64,000 nucleotides of DNA from Bigelowiella natans CCMP2755 (Eukaryota > Protista > Cercozoa), in the NCBI GenBank assembly GCA_000320545.1, contig ADNK01000041.1:33061-97060 (forward strand). The letters are read 5' to 3'. The position numbers and the translations under genes are program-made. Below the pieces are notes generated by a model. It searched no databases and had not been told where the DNA came from. It was given only the letters and a program-made list of their open reading frames with translations. Positions 16,638 to 30,775 of the stretch are shown piece after piece; within the stretch, counting starts at the first letter, position 1, and every line of letters starts with the position of its first letter.

Positions 16638-17859
16638 ATGTGGGCTGGCCAAGCAGCTAAATCCCTTTTCGGACATCTGAGGCGACGTGGCCACGTTCTT
16701 CTCCAATCCAGGGCCTTGGTTGCAGCACCTGTCGGAGCGTTCGCGCTCGGGGCGGCGCTCTGGCAGTCGTGGTCCCCTTCAAACGCGGAGCCACATTATC
16801 CGGAAGAAAGGCGCACGGTGCAGCTCTTTAAAGACGCACGGAATTCAGTAGTATCCATCACAAACCTTTCAAAAGTTCCAAATTCCTTCTTCAGCGACGA
16901 TGTGAAGGTAGAAGCCATAGGTGTCGGGAGCGGTTTCGTGTGGGACTCCTCGGGCCACGTGATAACGAATCACCACGTTGTGGAGAATAGTGTAGGAGTG
17001 CGAATTATGCTTCCTGATGGGGAGCAATGCCTCGGGAAAGTCGTGGGGGTTGATGAGGCGACTGATCTGGCGGTGATCCAAATTCCAGAATCCTGCTGCA
17101 ACAAAGTGAAGCCAATAAAGTTCGATGAAAACCAGACCGTGGAAGTCGGTCAAAGCACGTATGCCATTGGGTATGTCACCACTAATACCTCCACAACCTT
17201 CCTCTCATCTGTGTGTCAAACACGATGGATGCATTTGTAGGTATCCTTTCGGGCTCGACCAGACCTTGACCGCAGGGTTGGTGAGCGGTGTTGGAAGACA
17301 GATGCCAGGCAAGCCACTAATCTTCGATGTCATTCAGACTGATGCGGCTGTGAACCCCGGGTCTTCCGGAGGGCCTCTTGTAGACTCTAAAGGTCAACTT
17401 ATTGGGGTCAACGCTGCAATGCTCACAACGAATGGTGGATCCTTCAGCGGCGTGGGCTATGCGATTCCTCATCAGCAGGTGAAAAAGGTGGTAGAGAGCC
17501 TAATAAAACACGGCCGCGTTATACGCCCAGCTCTCGGTATCACGATCGCTCCAGAACGAGTCTTGGCGCACTTTGGAGAGAAAGGAGTCCTCGTTTTCGA
17601 AGTAATTCACGGCAAAGCTGCGTGGAGGGCAGGTCTGAATCCAACATTCAAGCTCAGGGGGGGTGAAGTGCGGGTTGGGGACGCCATAGTAGCGATTGAT
17701 GGACGGAAGATTGAGTCTTCGAAGGATCTCTTCATGACTTTAGACGATTTAAATGTCGGGGATAACATAACTGTTGGACTCAAGTCGTTTGACCACGCGA
17801 GCGGCAAGTTCAAGCATAGCAGGAATGTGAAGATTACTCTGCAAGCGAAGGAACAATAA
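16638..17859 (+). CDS. Deg/HtrA serine protease with one PDZ domain (Deg1-like), one intron at 17171-17240
   Basis: GSGFVWD..HVITNHHV (His), DLAV (Asp), QTDAAVNPGSSGGPL (Ser), followed by PDZ-type ALGITI / GVLVFEV / GDAIVAIDG. Confidence 0.93.
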
Positions 17860-18860
17860 TTTAATGATGCGGAAACTGGTTATGTATGTCTCATCATGTA
17901 TGGCAATAGGAAGCGTAATTTCCAAGCCAAGGGGGAGCCTCAATTTCGCACAGCAACACAGCAATGCAATAGGCTACTCGGGTCAAACACTGTAGCACTT
18001 TTTACAAGGATGTTGATCCTAGCACAAAATCTCACATTGTTAGTGCGCCAGCTCATATATACACATCTGATGCCATGTCTAGTAAGCTATCTAGCTAGTT
18101 GAATTGCCGATCGCATGTCTAGATATTGTGCCACGGCTATACGTGCACATCTGCATGTAAAGCGACTGTGCATTCTAGTACTACGTGTGCAAATGATTGA
18201 ACGATGTATGGCACGGTACGTGCAATCATGTGTGTGTCATAAGCAATGCTGATAGACGCTATTGTCTCGCGCGTGCATCATACATCTTATTGTCGTCACC
18301 TACAATTAGCACGTGGCCGTGCACATCGCTAGATCGCTGCATGCTAGCGTTAGCGTACACTAGTACATAAGCGATGCCACCTTAGGATGACCATTAAAAA
18401 TATTTAATCATATCCTTACATCCGTCCCATATAAGCGATAACAAACATGGTCATTGCTCGTCACGTCTAGACGTTCACATCTACATGCATGAAGCGTGGC
18501 CACAGTGACTAACAACTTGTGCATTCATATGCACAATGTGAATGTTCGTACAGTCCAGCAGTCCATGTCTTAATGTGCTTAACAGAGATGTCTAGCTAGA
18601 CGGATGTGTTCGTCGGCAAAAACCACTCACACCATGCTAGCATGTAAGCCATGCGATGTTACGCAATGAATTGCGCTTGTTGTGCTATAAAAACTAGAAT
18701 TATCTTTATAGTTGTTTATAATTTTGTTTTTTCAAATAATCTGTTTTCTGCATTTTGCACTAATAGACCATGCTAGCATGCATGCGTATCTAGGGGTGCT
18801 GTCTGATCCAATCAATTACCAATCCTTTGACTCATGTTAGCATGGTCAGCGGATCTGTCA
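17860..18860. other. Convergent-gene spacer enriched in CTAG/AGCT/TGCA/CATG
   Basis: CATGCTAGCATG at 18633 and 18769. Confidence 0.75.
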
Positions 18861-21800
18861 TCATACTCCAAGTAAAGACTGACCTTCAATAAGTCTCCGT
18901 AGCCTAAGAGAGCGACCCGAAATTCTATCATTCTGCTCATTTTCATGCTCATCATTCCTCACATAAGAATGGTCGTTCTTTTTTCTTCCTACTTTTGCAC
19001 CTGGCTTCTTCGTATCCTTTGCGTCTCCATTCCACGCATTTACGTCTATACCGTGAAGGGAGAGTCGTTTTTGCTTCTTTGGAGGAGCCAGGTGTGGGGA
19101 AGAATAAGGCAACGTCGTTTGGTTTAGCTGGCGATTGACCGCAAGAATGGCTTCAGGTATCGCCGGCCAATACATGCACCGATCTTGCCACGGTATCAGA
19201 ATTGACGTCAGAAGGGACCTGAGGGCCTCAATGACTTTTGAGACTGAAGCAGAGAGAGGCACCATTTTCGACGATGCCTTCGTGGTGGCAAAGGTCATCG
19301 AGGACATCTTGCCGAATAGAAAGCTCTCTAGTTGGCCCAGCTTATCGGCGATAGGCGAAGACCCTGGGGGTTTTGTCTTAGGATGAGGAGAATGGCCTCG
19401 CTGCGTATCAACACGCGCATTCCAGCCATTATGAGAAGAAATGGGCGATAGCGTTGTCCTCATCTCTTCATCCTGCCGGCTCATCATCAAAAAATGCCCC
19501 CTGCGCATTAGAGCGCCACGAATCAAAGTGAGATGCCTAATCTGCGATTGAGACATGTTCCGCCCGGAGTAGTGCTTCCCCGTCTTCACCATAGCGCCAA
19601 TTAGGTTGTTAACAGCTCTTACACCAACCCTCGTTCTGACAAGGAGCTTGTCCCGCATCACCATCATCATCCTCTTCCGGTGTCCATCACCGTCGCCGGC
19701 ATCATCAGTCGCCGTGAGGGGCCTCTCTTTCCTCGTTTCTACAAAGGGCAAGGAATCCGCAGCTTCTAACATCCGCCGGAAGTAGGCTGCTTTGCCTTTT
19801 ATCATTACCACAGACTCGTTGCTGCTCGTGATAGCTTCCTCTTGTTGCTGGCGAGAAATCTGAACCATGTCTATTGCAGAGACTTTGGTAGATTCTTCCA
19901 CCTGATTCTGGAGCCACTCCAGCAGTGATCGAGGTAGTGAATTAAGGACTTGACGAATGGCATTGCTCTGGGTGCTGTCGTCGTCATTTCCACGATCGTC
20001 ATCATCGTCGTCACTATCACATTCCTGGCCTACTATCCCCTCCTTCTTCCTCCTTCCTCCGCCCCTCTTTCTTAGACGACACAGGCGAGAGAGAAATGCT
20101 TCCGCCTGCTTGGTCGAAATCGCCCGCCATTCTTCTAGGAGCCCCAAAGGAACGCAGGAACGCGCGGCAGCCGCGAGGGTCATTTCGTCCACGAATAAGG
20201 CTTGATTGCTACTCTCTCGGCCGCCGTAATGGCGGCGGTGCTCGCGATGATGGTCGTTACGAGAAAGCTCACGATAAAGGGAGAGAGCCTCGCGCCATTC
20301 ATGATTGCGTTCCCGCATCTGTACCATGACCCCGAGCAAGTGTGCAGAAGACGAGGATGACGATGACTTCAACAGCGCCTCGGTCGCAGAGGGCCCCCGG
20401 CCATTCCTTTGCTGTTGCTGGACCTTGTCAAATAACATAAGCGCTGCCTCCCAATTGCCTGTGTGCGAATGTGCCTTGATGGCGTATGCAAGCGCGCCCG
20501 GGGCAAGGGGGATATGCTTCGCTTCCATGTCGTCGAGGAGCTTCACCGCGGCCGCCCAGCGATGTAGATTTACCAAAGCCTTGGTGATGGACGCATAGAT
20601 CCGCGTATCTGGCAGCACGGCTCTCGAGTCCATTCGTCGCACCAACCCCATCATAGCGTTCCAAGCATGCCCGGCTTCGAGAGCCTCCATTAAGGCACGA
20701 AACGTGTAGACCGTCGGCTTTAGCTGCTTTTGCATCATACTCTCGAAGAGTGCCTGCGCTCGCATCCAAGCGTGTTGGCCCCTTTCTCTAGTGCTGGTGG
20801 CTTTTTTGTGGGTGGTGGGGAGAGGTGCGTATGAGAGCGCGCGAATCCCGTCTGTGAATGAGATGGAGTCGTGGCGAATCAACTTCTTTTCCATTCCTTC
20901 AAAGAGCGCAAAGGCGCGCTTCCACTGATGACTGTTACTTAGCGTGTTCATCATCGTACTGTACGTGACCTGCGTCTGACGTAATCCGCCTTCGCGTGGC
21001 ATGTCGTAGTTGAAGAAGCGATACGCCATTTCCCACTCACCCGCACGCGAGGCAGTCTTCATCAGAATGTTGAAGCTATTATGCCGTAATGAAACAACCA
21101 CGCCACCGAACACACGAGTGAGTCAACAATTGTAGCAATGTGGATCAAGGAAGGAGGGACGGGAGGAGAAAGCATGGTACAAAAGCAAATTTCGATGTCT
21201 CAATACGAAGAATAGAACTTGTCACCTATAGTCCGTGACTGCGATGCGTTTCGCTCGCATCTCGTCCACGAGTTCCAGCGCACGTAGCCATTCTCCCTTC
21301 CGCTCACACCCAGCCAGCAGTGCATTATACGTGAACGAATTGGCCCGAATTGAGCGTTCCATCATCCTCGAAAGAACATGTATAGCGGCTTCCATCCTTC
21401 CCTGGCGAGAGATGCTTGAAATGAGTCGCGTAAATTGCTGTGGAGTCGAGGCGGTCTGCTGGCGCGAAATCTCATAGGGTGTTAACCTCCCGTCATCTAT
21501 TGTTAGGATGCGATTGATCTCGTCTCGAGCACTACCGCCGGCAACATCCTTGCCCCCAACTGCAGCACCGGCGATAGCTCCATTTGAGGCAAGTACCGCT
21601 CCTTCAATTAACTCCAACTTTTCCGGCTTGAGGCTGATTACTTCCAGCCTTCTGTCACCCGTTCTCCCACTACTTCCGCGCCCATTGACGTGAACACGGA
21701 TTCGACCGTCGGACAATACTCCGAGCACTTTACCAAACATTCCATTGAGTCGCTTGAACCTCTTCAGACCGCACAGGCGAACCATTGCCCCAGGACGCGT

Positions 21801-22349
21801 CATCGCCTCCGAGCTTTCAAATTCGCCAGCACTGCCATCTTTGACACCATCCTCACTTTTCAATACCCCCCCAATCTTGGACCCAAATCTGAGAAGCTTG
21901 TCGCTGTTGTCTCGGCGACTGGAATCGTTCATCGCAGCCTCAATCTCGTGGAAATCGCCAACACCGAGTTCCTCCTCCTCCATGAGTTTCGCTGTTCTAT
22001 TGGCAAGTGAAGCAAAGCTATCTTCGTCCCTTTCTATTTTCTTCTTGACCTTTCTTGCCTGCGAGGCAGCAAGTATGTTATCTTGGGAGGAGGTGACCAG
22101 CTTTCGCAGCGCATCATCCTCGTAGTCAGTCTCATCACTCTCGATATATCGGGTGGCAGAAGCGAGATGAGGAGCATTTGCCAGAGAGATGACTATGATG
22201 AAACTGCAGGAAAACGATAAAATGGAATCAGAAAGGTGATCGATCAGTGGTCGATTCGAGACCGAATTCTGCCAGACCTTATCAAAGGAGCTCTGAACAT
22301 TGGAAGCTTCATAGGCCCCCTTCCTGGCATGTCCAGCTCCACGCATCAT
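18861..22349 (-). CDS. Pentatricopeptide-repeat (P-type PPR) protein, probably organelle-targeted, one intron at 21076-21225
   Basis: About 8 tandem 35-aa motifs, for example FTYNALLAGCERKGEWLRALELVDEMRAKRIAV and YTFRALMEALEAGHAWNAMMGLVRRMDSRAVLP. First ATG is at 22349 (the ORF-track start at 22481 is TTG). A hydrophobic ILSFSCSFIIVISLANA segment lies near the N-terminus. Confidence 0.88.
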
Positions 22350-22808
22350 AGCCACCCGTCGAACAAAGCCTGCACACGTCCTCTCCAGAGGTATCCTCGC
22401 ATGAGAATCGGGCAGAGCAGAGCCACGAGACGCGTGGGGAACCCTAGCTGTAAAGAAAAACAGAATTGGTCGCAAATTCAAACAAGAAATATCTAAAATT
22501 ATACTTAGGATAAAGCTTTATCCCATCGGACTGCCCGTTTCAGAGCGCAAAACGAAATTTGCATAGAATATTTCTCCAATGTTAAGATATTTTCCGCTTA
22601 GAAATAGGCCTGATGTGGATAGAGCACCATCCCCCGAAGCTCGAAGGTCGTTCTCTCGTTCTCGAAAATTCCGAAAATACCCTATTAAATGATTAATTGA
22701 GTTTTTTTTAGATGTCGTACTATTCTTACCACATATATTTTTCCTAGAATAGAATTCTCAGGAAAGTTGCATAATCTGAATAGAACAGAATAAGGGTCTC
22801 CAGACACG
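22350..22808. promoter_or_regulatory. Probable bidirectional promoter, PPR/Ypi1, containing a 16-bp palindrome
   Basis: 459 bp between the ATGs; GGATAAAGCTTTATCC at 22508-22523. Confidence 0.5.
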
Positions 22809-23303
22809 ATGGCTACGACCGCCTCTCGTTCTTCCCAATCCTGCTCCGGTGGATCCCAGGTTCTAACAACACATCCTTCCGCGCAGTCCATAACTACTCG
22901 ACTAGTCCATAAGCTGCATCCTAAAGACAGCGGCAGCAATGACAAGAAGGAGAGGAAGGTAAAAGGTATTTACAAGACACCTGGGGCTTTCGAGAAGGCA
23001 AAGGAGGAAAATGGGGGCAAGCAAGACAAGGGCATTGAATGGACAAAGGACACTGTGGACAATGAGTTTCTGAATAAAAAGAGCTCCAAAAGTACGTTTA
23101 TCAAACTTATGAGGACTACATATAATTTCTATATCTTTTAGGCTGCTGCATTTATCACAAGCCACGCCGCTTTGATGAGAGCGACAGTGATGAAAGCGAC
23201 TACGAAAAGCCTCAGACATACAATCCTAACCAACCTCGCAGGTTATCAAATAGTCGTCACTGTTTGCATTATTCTGAGAGTTGAATTTTGCAGCATAAAG
23301 TGA
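22809..23303 (+). CDS. YPI1: Protein phosphatase 1 inhibitor-3 (PPP1R11/Ypi1)
   Basis: IEWTKDTVDNEFLNKKSSK, intron, then SCCIYHKPRRFDESDSDES, the Ypi1 signature. The 3' end is approximate. Confidence 0.9.
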
Positions 23304-23568
23304 ACCTCGATGAATCCAAGTTCCTCGCTCGAAGCCCCATTCAAGAGGAATCTTGCAGGGAATGGTGTTATGGATCACCTGCACCAGTCTCTCATCTACT
23401 TAGTAAAATGAAAGTTATAAAATGTTTAGCGAAGGAGATTCATAAACTGCAAGTCAGAAGTCTAGCAACTGCCATGATGACGTACTGCTGCTGTTCCTAG
23501 CTTGGCCGATGGTTGCAACCTGACTTAGATTTCATGCTGCAGCAACATAGTATTTGCTCGCAATAGAC

Positions 23569-23615
<47 letters not shown>

Positions 23616-24419
23616 ATTGTTATATACGTCAAAATATATATAAACAAATGTACGAATAATATCATATACGCGTATACATGCATGTGCATTGCAGCACATA
23701 TACTAGAGATGTTCTGTTTTTTTAGCGCATCGCAGGCTTCACATGAGACGGATGTAATGAAATGATTGCATTTCAATCATACCTAATGTATCTATGCAGA
23801 GCGGCGGCTACAGTGCTTTATATATAGGCAAAGCTACGATTCGAGCTGTGTGCGCCTGACGCTCTTTAGCTCTGCTAGAGTAAGTTAACTCTGTACAGGT
23901 CGAGAATCTCTAGATGATGCTTATATGCATGCATGATCTTATGCTATTAAGACTAGCACTTGTACGTGTGATTGTGATGTTCTTGATGACGCACTGATAT
24001 ACTGACACCACTATCTAGCTAGGTAGACTGCGTGCAGCGCAGAGTAGGATGCGATAGGAGATGCTAGGATGGGCGGAGTGCTTATCTAGCTTTGCGCGCA
24101 CGTTTAGACATAGCTAGAAAGTGCTGCGTACTCATCTAGTCCTGCTACTATTGTTGCTAGAAATGCTATCTATGATTCTGCTCGCTCTGCGCATAGCAAG
24201 AGGATAAAATGCATTACGCTGACCGCGCACACGCTAGCTTGGTTAGTTGATCAAGATCCAGGGATGGATGCATACAATGTTGTATAGTCGGGTTGCATAC
24301 ATCTAGAATGACATCAGACATCGTGGCGGGTAGCTTGGATGGTATCTGTACCATTGTTACTTTAATTCACCTTTTGCCTCAGGCTATGAACACCTGCATG
24401 CGCTCTGAGCACGAAGACA
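23304..24419. other. Convergent-gene spacer enriched in CTAG/AGCT/TGCA/CATG
   Basis: atgcatgcatg, ctatctagctaggtag and gctagcttgg. Confidence 0.65.
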
Positions 24420-24677
24420 CTAGGGCGACTCCGCCGAACTCGCGGTGGTTTCCGTCGTGCGCATTTTGGATTCACTTTCTAGGATCTCCGAAGGCGATCG
24501 AGGCTATTATTGCAAAAAATCATCCTGCTTAAACACGACTTCAAAGCGCGAAAAAAGAAGAGGAGTGCGATAGAGATCGTAAGAAGTGACTTACGGAGGA
24601 TGGGGTCTGGTTGCCCTTAAACTCTGGTATTGGAATGCCACTCTGTGAACAGCCACACAGGGATATACTCACACACA

Positions 24678-24714
<37 letters not shown>

Positions 24715-26284
24715 TCACTTTAGTAGCATTCTACAGCCCCCCTTGTGAAGATCCCCCCCCCCCTCCTCCCCTAATTCCACATCTTAAACTCATTACTCAA
24801 ACCTGACGGAGTGTGTCTCCCATCTTCATTGTTAATAAATGCACCTACAATCACACGTGAATCTATATAAACGCGTGTTTTCCCGTGCGATGAGTATTGT
24901 GCTTCAATGCGTGTAAAGTCACAGCACATATGCCATCTCGAGTGGTGGTCAAGGTGTTTGGATTTAACGAACCAGTTTGCTGGAGTATTTTTCCAACGCC
25001 TGCTCCATTGCGCCATTCACAACACTGGAAATATCCTGTAATTTGGTAGACTTTATGCTTTGTATCTAGGCTGATAACTCACTTTTCAGTGCATGATGTT
25101 GCTTCTAGTGACTGGTCTTTTATCTCTCTCTCTCTCTCTCTCTCTCTTCTCCGTATGTGCATACGTGCATGCGCGTGTATTGTTGTAGGCTTATGTTGAT
25201 TGATGTTTGTATGCATTTAAACGATTTTTCTGACGGTCGCCACGTGAGACTCCCCCCACTCACCGCTGCGTTGAGGTCACTCGTAGCCGTTGCTATCGAG
25301 GCTGAGGATGATCCAACAGGCTGCTGCCCATGCGATGATGATGAATATCACAGATGAAAATCCCCAAAACTCAGGATATAATTACCGCATTGACCAAGTT
25401 GCACATTAGGATTTATAGCATTATAGCAAATAGTGAATACATCATCATGTTGTTACCGATGAGGCCAATGTGGACCGGCGTGTCAACTTATCTGGCGCGA
25501 CGGTGGTTTGCAGTAGATCGAGCATGCCTCCCAGCTCATTCTCTATTGCTATGCCTGTCGTTTGTGGTGTTGGTTTTTTGGCGCATACACGTAGACGTAC
25601 TCACACGTACTTACATGCATGTGTACAGAGAGATTGAAAGAGAGAGAGAGAGAACAATGAAAATTCTGCAACGCATGAAGTATTCTCACCTTCAAGTCGC
25701 CGAGACGATGGCGTACTTATCTGAGAACACAATAATACAGATCTCATTGCCTTCCTGGTGGATGCACACAAGCAACTCTTTCCCCCCCCCTGCTTGTGCC
25801 AAAGTCCAGGAAGACAGCATTGCACTTTTCCGTGTGATTTGGTTGTGAGGAGTAAGTGATGGTGACAGTTGTTTCTTAACCTTCGAGTCGTTACTCGAGA
25901 GGCTTTCCGTACGGGGGGTAGAGACAGCGTTAGACTGAGGAGAATACTTGACACAAGAATCACACGAGGGTTAAATTTATATATTATATATGTGTGTGTT
26001 TGTATGTGTGTATGTGCTGCCCGTTAAAGCATATATTAATTATTCCTCCCTCCGTTGGCAGTGTGCAGCCAAAAAGAGAAAGACCGATGATCTTCTGTCC
26101 TGTGGCCGCTGTACAAGACAGAAACCACCCGCGTTGGAGGGCATTGTGCGCATTGCCGTGAATTTTGCCGCACACTTCTGCTAAGTAGCAGCGTCCTACC
26201 GACTTGTGTCGTCGTCTATGACTAAGTGAAAGGTGATCGCAGCGCTATTTTTGTTCGGACATAAAGCTGCATGCTCGCCCCTAT

Positions 26285-26317
<33 letters not shown>

Positions 26318-26772
26318 CTCTCTGCCAAGAATCGGCGTCGGCTGAATGGTGCTCCCAGATTGCACGGTCACCGTGGAAACGCTGTAAGTAAGTAATTAAG
26401 TGTGTGTTCGTGAGTGTCTTCAGAGTGATTAGACAAGAGGGAGAGAGCGCATATGAAGAGCATTTTCCCAGTGTGCTAGTACGCTAATGGTGCGTGTGTT
26501 TGGTAGATTCTCCAATAATGAGCGCTTCTGGTAGTGTTGATCGATGATCCAACTACTCCTACTACTACTACTACTACTACTACTACTCTACTTCTACTAC
26601 TTCTTAGACAGGTGGGGTGTGGGTATATCTTTAGGAATATTGGCCCCTGAGCCGGTTTGAGCAGTAGCAATGTTTGCCACGGAGTTCTTTTATGGTGACG
26701 CACAAAACACATACGCACATATCATATACGTGTGGGTTCACCATACAGGGAGAGGGGGAAGGAGGGGGGGGG

Positions 26773-26805
<33 letters not shown>

Positions 26806-27580
26806 TAAGAAAGAGAAAGCAGGAGAGAGAAATCGTCTCATTCAAACGTGTCAACGCGTGAGCATCATACAGCTAGGCCTTTGAAACGTACATACATTAA
26901 TGTAAAAACACCTCTCTCGATTTTGCTTTCATTTTCATAATTCGCCTACCTCATCGATGCTCTCTAAGGAAGCAGCTTTAAGCATGTGAAGCTGCGATCT
27001 CGACGCCGAGACTACAGGCATCAGAATCTGAAGGCTCTCTCGCAGCTGGTCAGCGAGATGACGGATATGCTGATGATGTGTAAGTGGAAGGGGGGGAGGG
27101 AGGAGACAAGTGGGAAGGAAGACAAAGAGAAAGAGAGAATTGAAGCATAAGAAGCAGAAAGAACTTAAAAAAAATCACGACGATAGAGCATCAGCATTGC
27201 TCTTCCCGTTTGCCGTGATCACGGGACTATTCCTCCCCACCACGACACTGGCACCAACCTGAACAGGGTTCTGCCGGATAGCCGCCACTTTATCCGGTGT
27301 GTATATCGTGAAGCTAACGCGGAAAAGAAGAAGGATTCGATGGTCAACGTAACTGCTTCATGTATGCATACTCTCAGCATCAACATCTGCCTGCCTCGTT
27401 TGTCTCCAGAGCACATCATTCTCTCGCGCGTAAGCAGCATGTGCGGAAGATGATGACCACAACGCAGCTGATGCATATACGTTTTTCCCTTCTAAAAACC
27501 ATGCCTTCAGACGGGTTTTGTAAGATTTTGTTTTGATGCAAATGCCGTGTCTTGTGTCTAGGACAACTATTACTACTGCT

Positions 27581-27613
<33 letters not shown>

Positions 27614-29514
27614 TGACTCCTACTAAGACTGCTTTTACGAGTACGTACTGTGAAACGTCGCTCCCCACACTATCAGCCACGCTCGGAGCTGGGCGATGCT
27701 GTACTCGCTTTGCAGACGCGGGGATGGGGGGGGACACAGAAAGCGCCATGTGTGGTTCTGCCTTCGATTTGATTATTGCTGGTAGCAATGATCCAGCATT
27801 AGCATCCCTACTACCCTCCGCAGCTGGCTTGTTGTTGGCCTGCACAACAAGAAAGAAACAGGGGAGACGGAGACAGCAACATTCGTATAAATATGTAAAA
27901 ATCGCTGTCTTTGGGCACGATGCTGCCGCTGCGCTGTTTTGTTTTGTTTTCATCCCCTTCCATCAGCCAACTCTCACAGTGATAAGAAGAACACTATTAT
28001 CCCGCGACAGACAGGCCCACGATGATCCATGGCGAGAGTGCCGATGATGGATCTCACTGCTCATGTCGTCGCTTTTTAAGCGGCATCAAAGAGCTCACTC
28101 ACTCACTCACTCACGACATCGTTGTTGTGCTATTCTATCATCCCAAACCTTTGGACTGAGATCGCCGCCGTCTCCGTCTGTCAGGAAGGTCCCTGAAGGG
28201 ATGAGGCAGTTTTAAGGGGGAGGCAAGGAATGGACGACACAGAAGAGAGAAGAAGGTAGGATTCTATGCGATTTTCTTGTTCTAACGCTAATCCTACCTC
28301 CTGTCGCTTGAGGCTTCGCAGCGGCAGGGGCTTTGCTACTGGAAGTAGGAGGAGGAGGAAGAAGAGAGGGGGGGAGGACAAAATCGAAAACCATCAGCGA
28401 ATTTGCTAGTAAATGACATGTATATATAGAATTGCATAGTTTGATTATGATTCGAACAGGAAACCTGTCGCCGCCTTCTTGGTCATTGTCGCCTCCATCC
28501 TCCTCCCCCTCCTTTCCGGCAGTTGCAGGTTTAAGCGGCTCTCTCATTGTGGAGAGATCTACGCCCATTCCAGCCAACTTCAATCGCAGCTCAGCCTCCT
28601 GGACACGCGCACACACGTTACACACATTACACACACACCCACACACATAAACAATATCAACACTTAGCTACCACTTCGACATGAATCCTTTTTTTTAGTT
28701 TCTCATACCTTTTGGTCTGTTTCCTTCGATTCACGTACGATATTACCTGCGCGTAAGATCCAAACTTACTAATACACAAGCACACCCGCCAAGGGGGGTA
28801 GGGGGCGACGGAGACGACGAAGCCATTGATAGGCTCTCACCCCAGCAGAAGAGAAGAAAGAGGAGAGGGAGGGAGGAGGGAGGAGAGTGGACAGAATCAT
28901 GTGAGAAAGCACAACCTGCTGCATCGGTCTTGCCATCAACATTGTCTCCGACTTGCCCCTGCTTGGCAGGCGTTGCGTCGCTTCTTTTCTGGGTCAATGC
29001 CCAGTCTGGGAGGCTGGATCGATCCTTTTCCAGAAGTCTATTCACTGAGATTGTAGCAGGTCAACGCAGCATATATGAGATCAGATTCGAAATTGGAAGG
29101 CTAACAAAGGCGCGCGCCCGCGCGCGCAATTGTGTGGACTTTTGTGCCTGCATGCATGCGTGCAGAAACTCATTGTCTCCTCTCCCCCCCCCCCCCCTCG
29201 CCCTGAACTAACCATCCCACATCGGCGAATGAATGGACGCCGATGATAGCTGTGCGTAATACCTGGTGTGGGAGCACCGGTAGCAGCAGAAGAGCCAGCT
29301 ACTGCAGGATCGTCCTGTTCTTTGAACACGTTGAAGTCGTCGCCAATGCCGAAGTCATCATCATCACCACCAACACCACCATCAGCGCTCTCTTGTTTGC
29401 TGCCTGTATCCAGCTTTGGCGGCGGAGAAGGGGGTTTCGCCCAGTCGGGCATTTCTATTTGCGCCGACGTACGAGGAAGGGGAGGGGGGGAGGGAGGGGA
29501 GGAAGAATGAGGAT

Positions 29515-29572
<58 letters not shown>

Positions 29573-30237
29573 GCAAATGGTAGGTGTTGGGGTAGCATAT
29601 CGTTGTGAGTGCTAATTCTTCCATATCGGTGCTGAAGTAAGTATCATATCATTCAATCTTGCCACATCATCATCAAACTCATCCTCATGGCCACCTTCTT
29701 CGTCTTGCTTGAGTCTGTCTCTGAAACCGAAGCCCAGTGTGACGCCTGCTTTAGAGCTTGGCGGTGCGGCGTTTCCTCCTCCTCCTCCTCCTCTACTGGT
29801 ATCGATTTTGACGGGCGTTGGAGCATCACCACCACCACTTGCAACAACCTGTTCCTGAAGGAAGACAGAGAAGGAGAGAAGAAGACAAACGAAGAGAAGA
29901 AGAGTATCAAAAGCAGAGGAGGAGTGAAGAGGTGTGGCCGCACATCATGACGTCATGGTGGCGGGGTGATGAAACTTCAGTTTTTCCTTTTGTGTGGTGA
30001 TTAGGATGACGCAAGAGTCACGCTCATACGACGAGTGGAAGATCACATTGCGGACACGTGTTAAGGACGAAGGACCTTTTTGCTGGTCTCCTTCTTGCTG
30101 TCTATTGCTGGCTCGGCCCCGCCGCCGGCTGCTGTTGCGGCTCCTCCGCTCTTCTTCTGCTTACCAGCGGATTTCGATTCGATATCTTCTTCCACCACGT
30201 CGTTGTCACCGTCTTGTCGCGCAATTGAACATAGATG

Positions 30238-30275
<38 letters not shown>

Positions 30276-30737
30276 CGGTGAGAACATACAAACACATGTG
30301 AAGCTTCTCTCTCACAGACGATTACGTCCGAATCTAACAGTGCATTCATGATATGGTGATACGTGTTGGAAGGAGAGGAAGTACCTCCACGCTCTTTGCC
30401 ACGCTGATCGTTTCCTAGCTTCCCAACGTGGACCTTTGGAGCTGCCGCCTCTACAATGTTCTTCTTTTTCTCTTCTTCGTCCTGCTTCTTCTTTGTTGCG
30501 GCCAGTGTCCCTGCTTCTTCGACGACACCGACAACGACGTTGTCACCCCCGCCATCGTTTGCTGACGCTGGAATAGCCATCCCGTCCCTTTTCTTCTTGT
30601 TGAGTTTCTCGAGAATCTTCTTGCGTCTCATTCTGGCGGCATCCGAACCTATGTGTTTTGCCGGCCAGCAACAACAGCCGTATCATGTGTGTCCACGTGG
30701 ATTGCCATTTGTGCGAGCATGCAAGCGCGTGGTTTTA

Positions 30738-30775
<38 letters not shown>

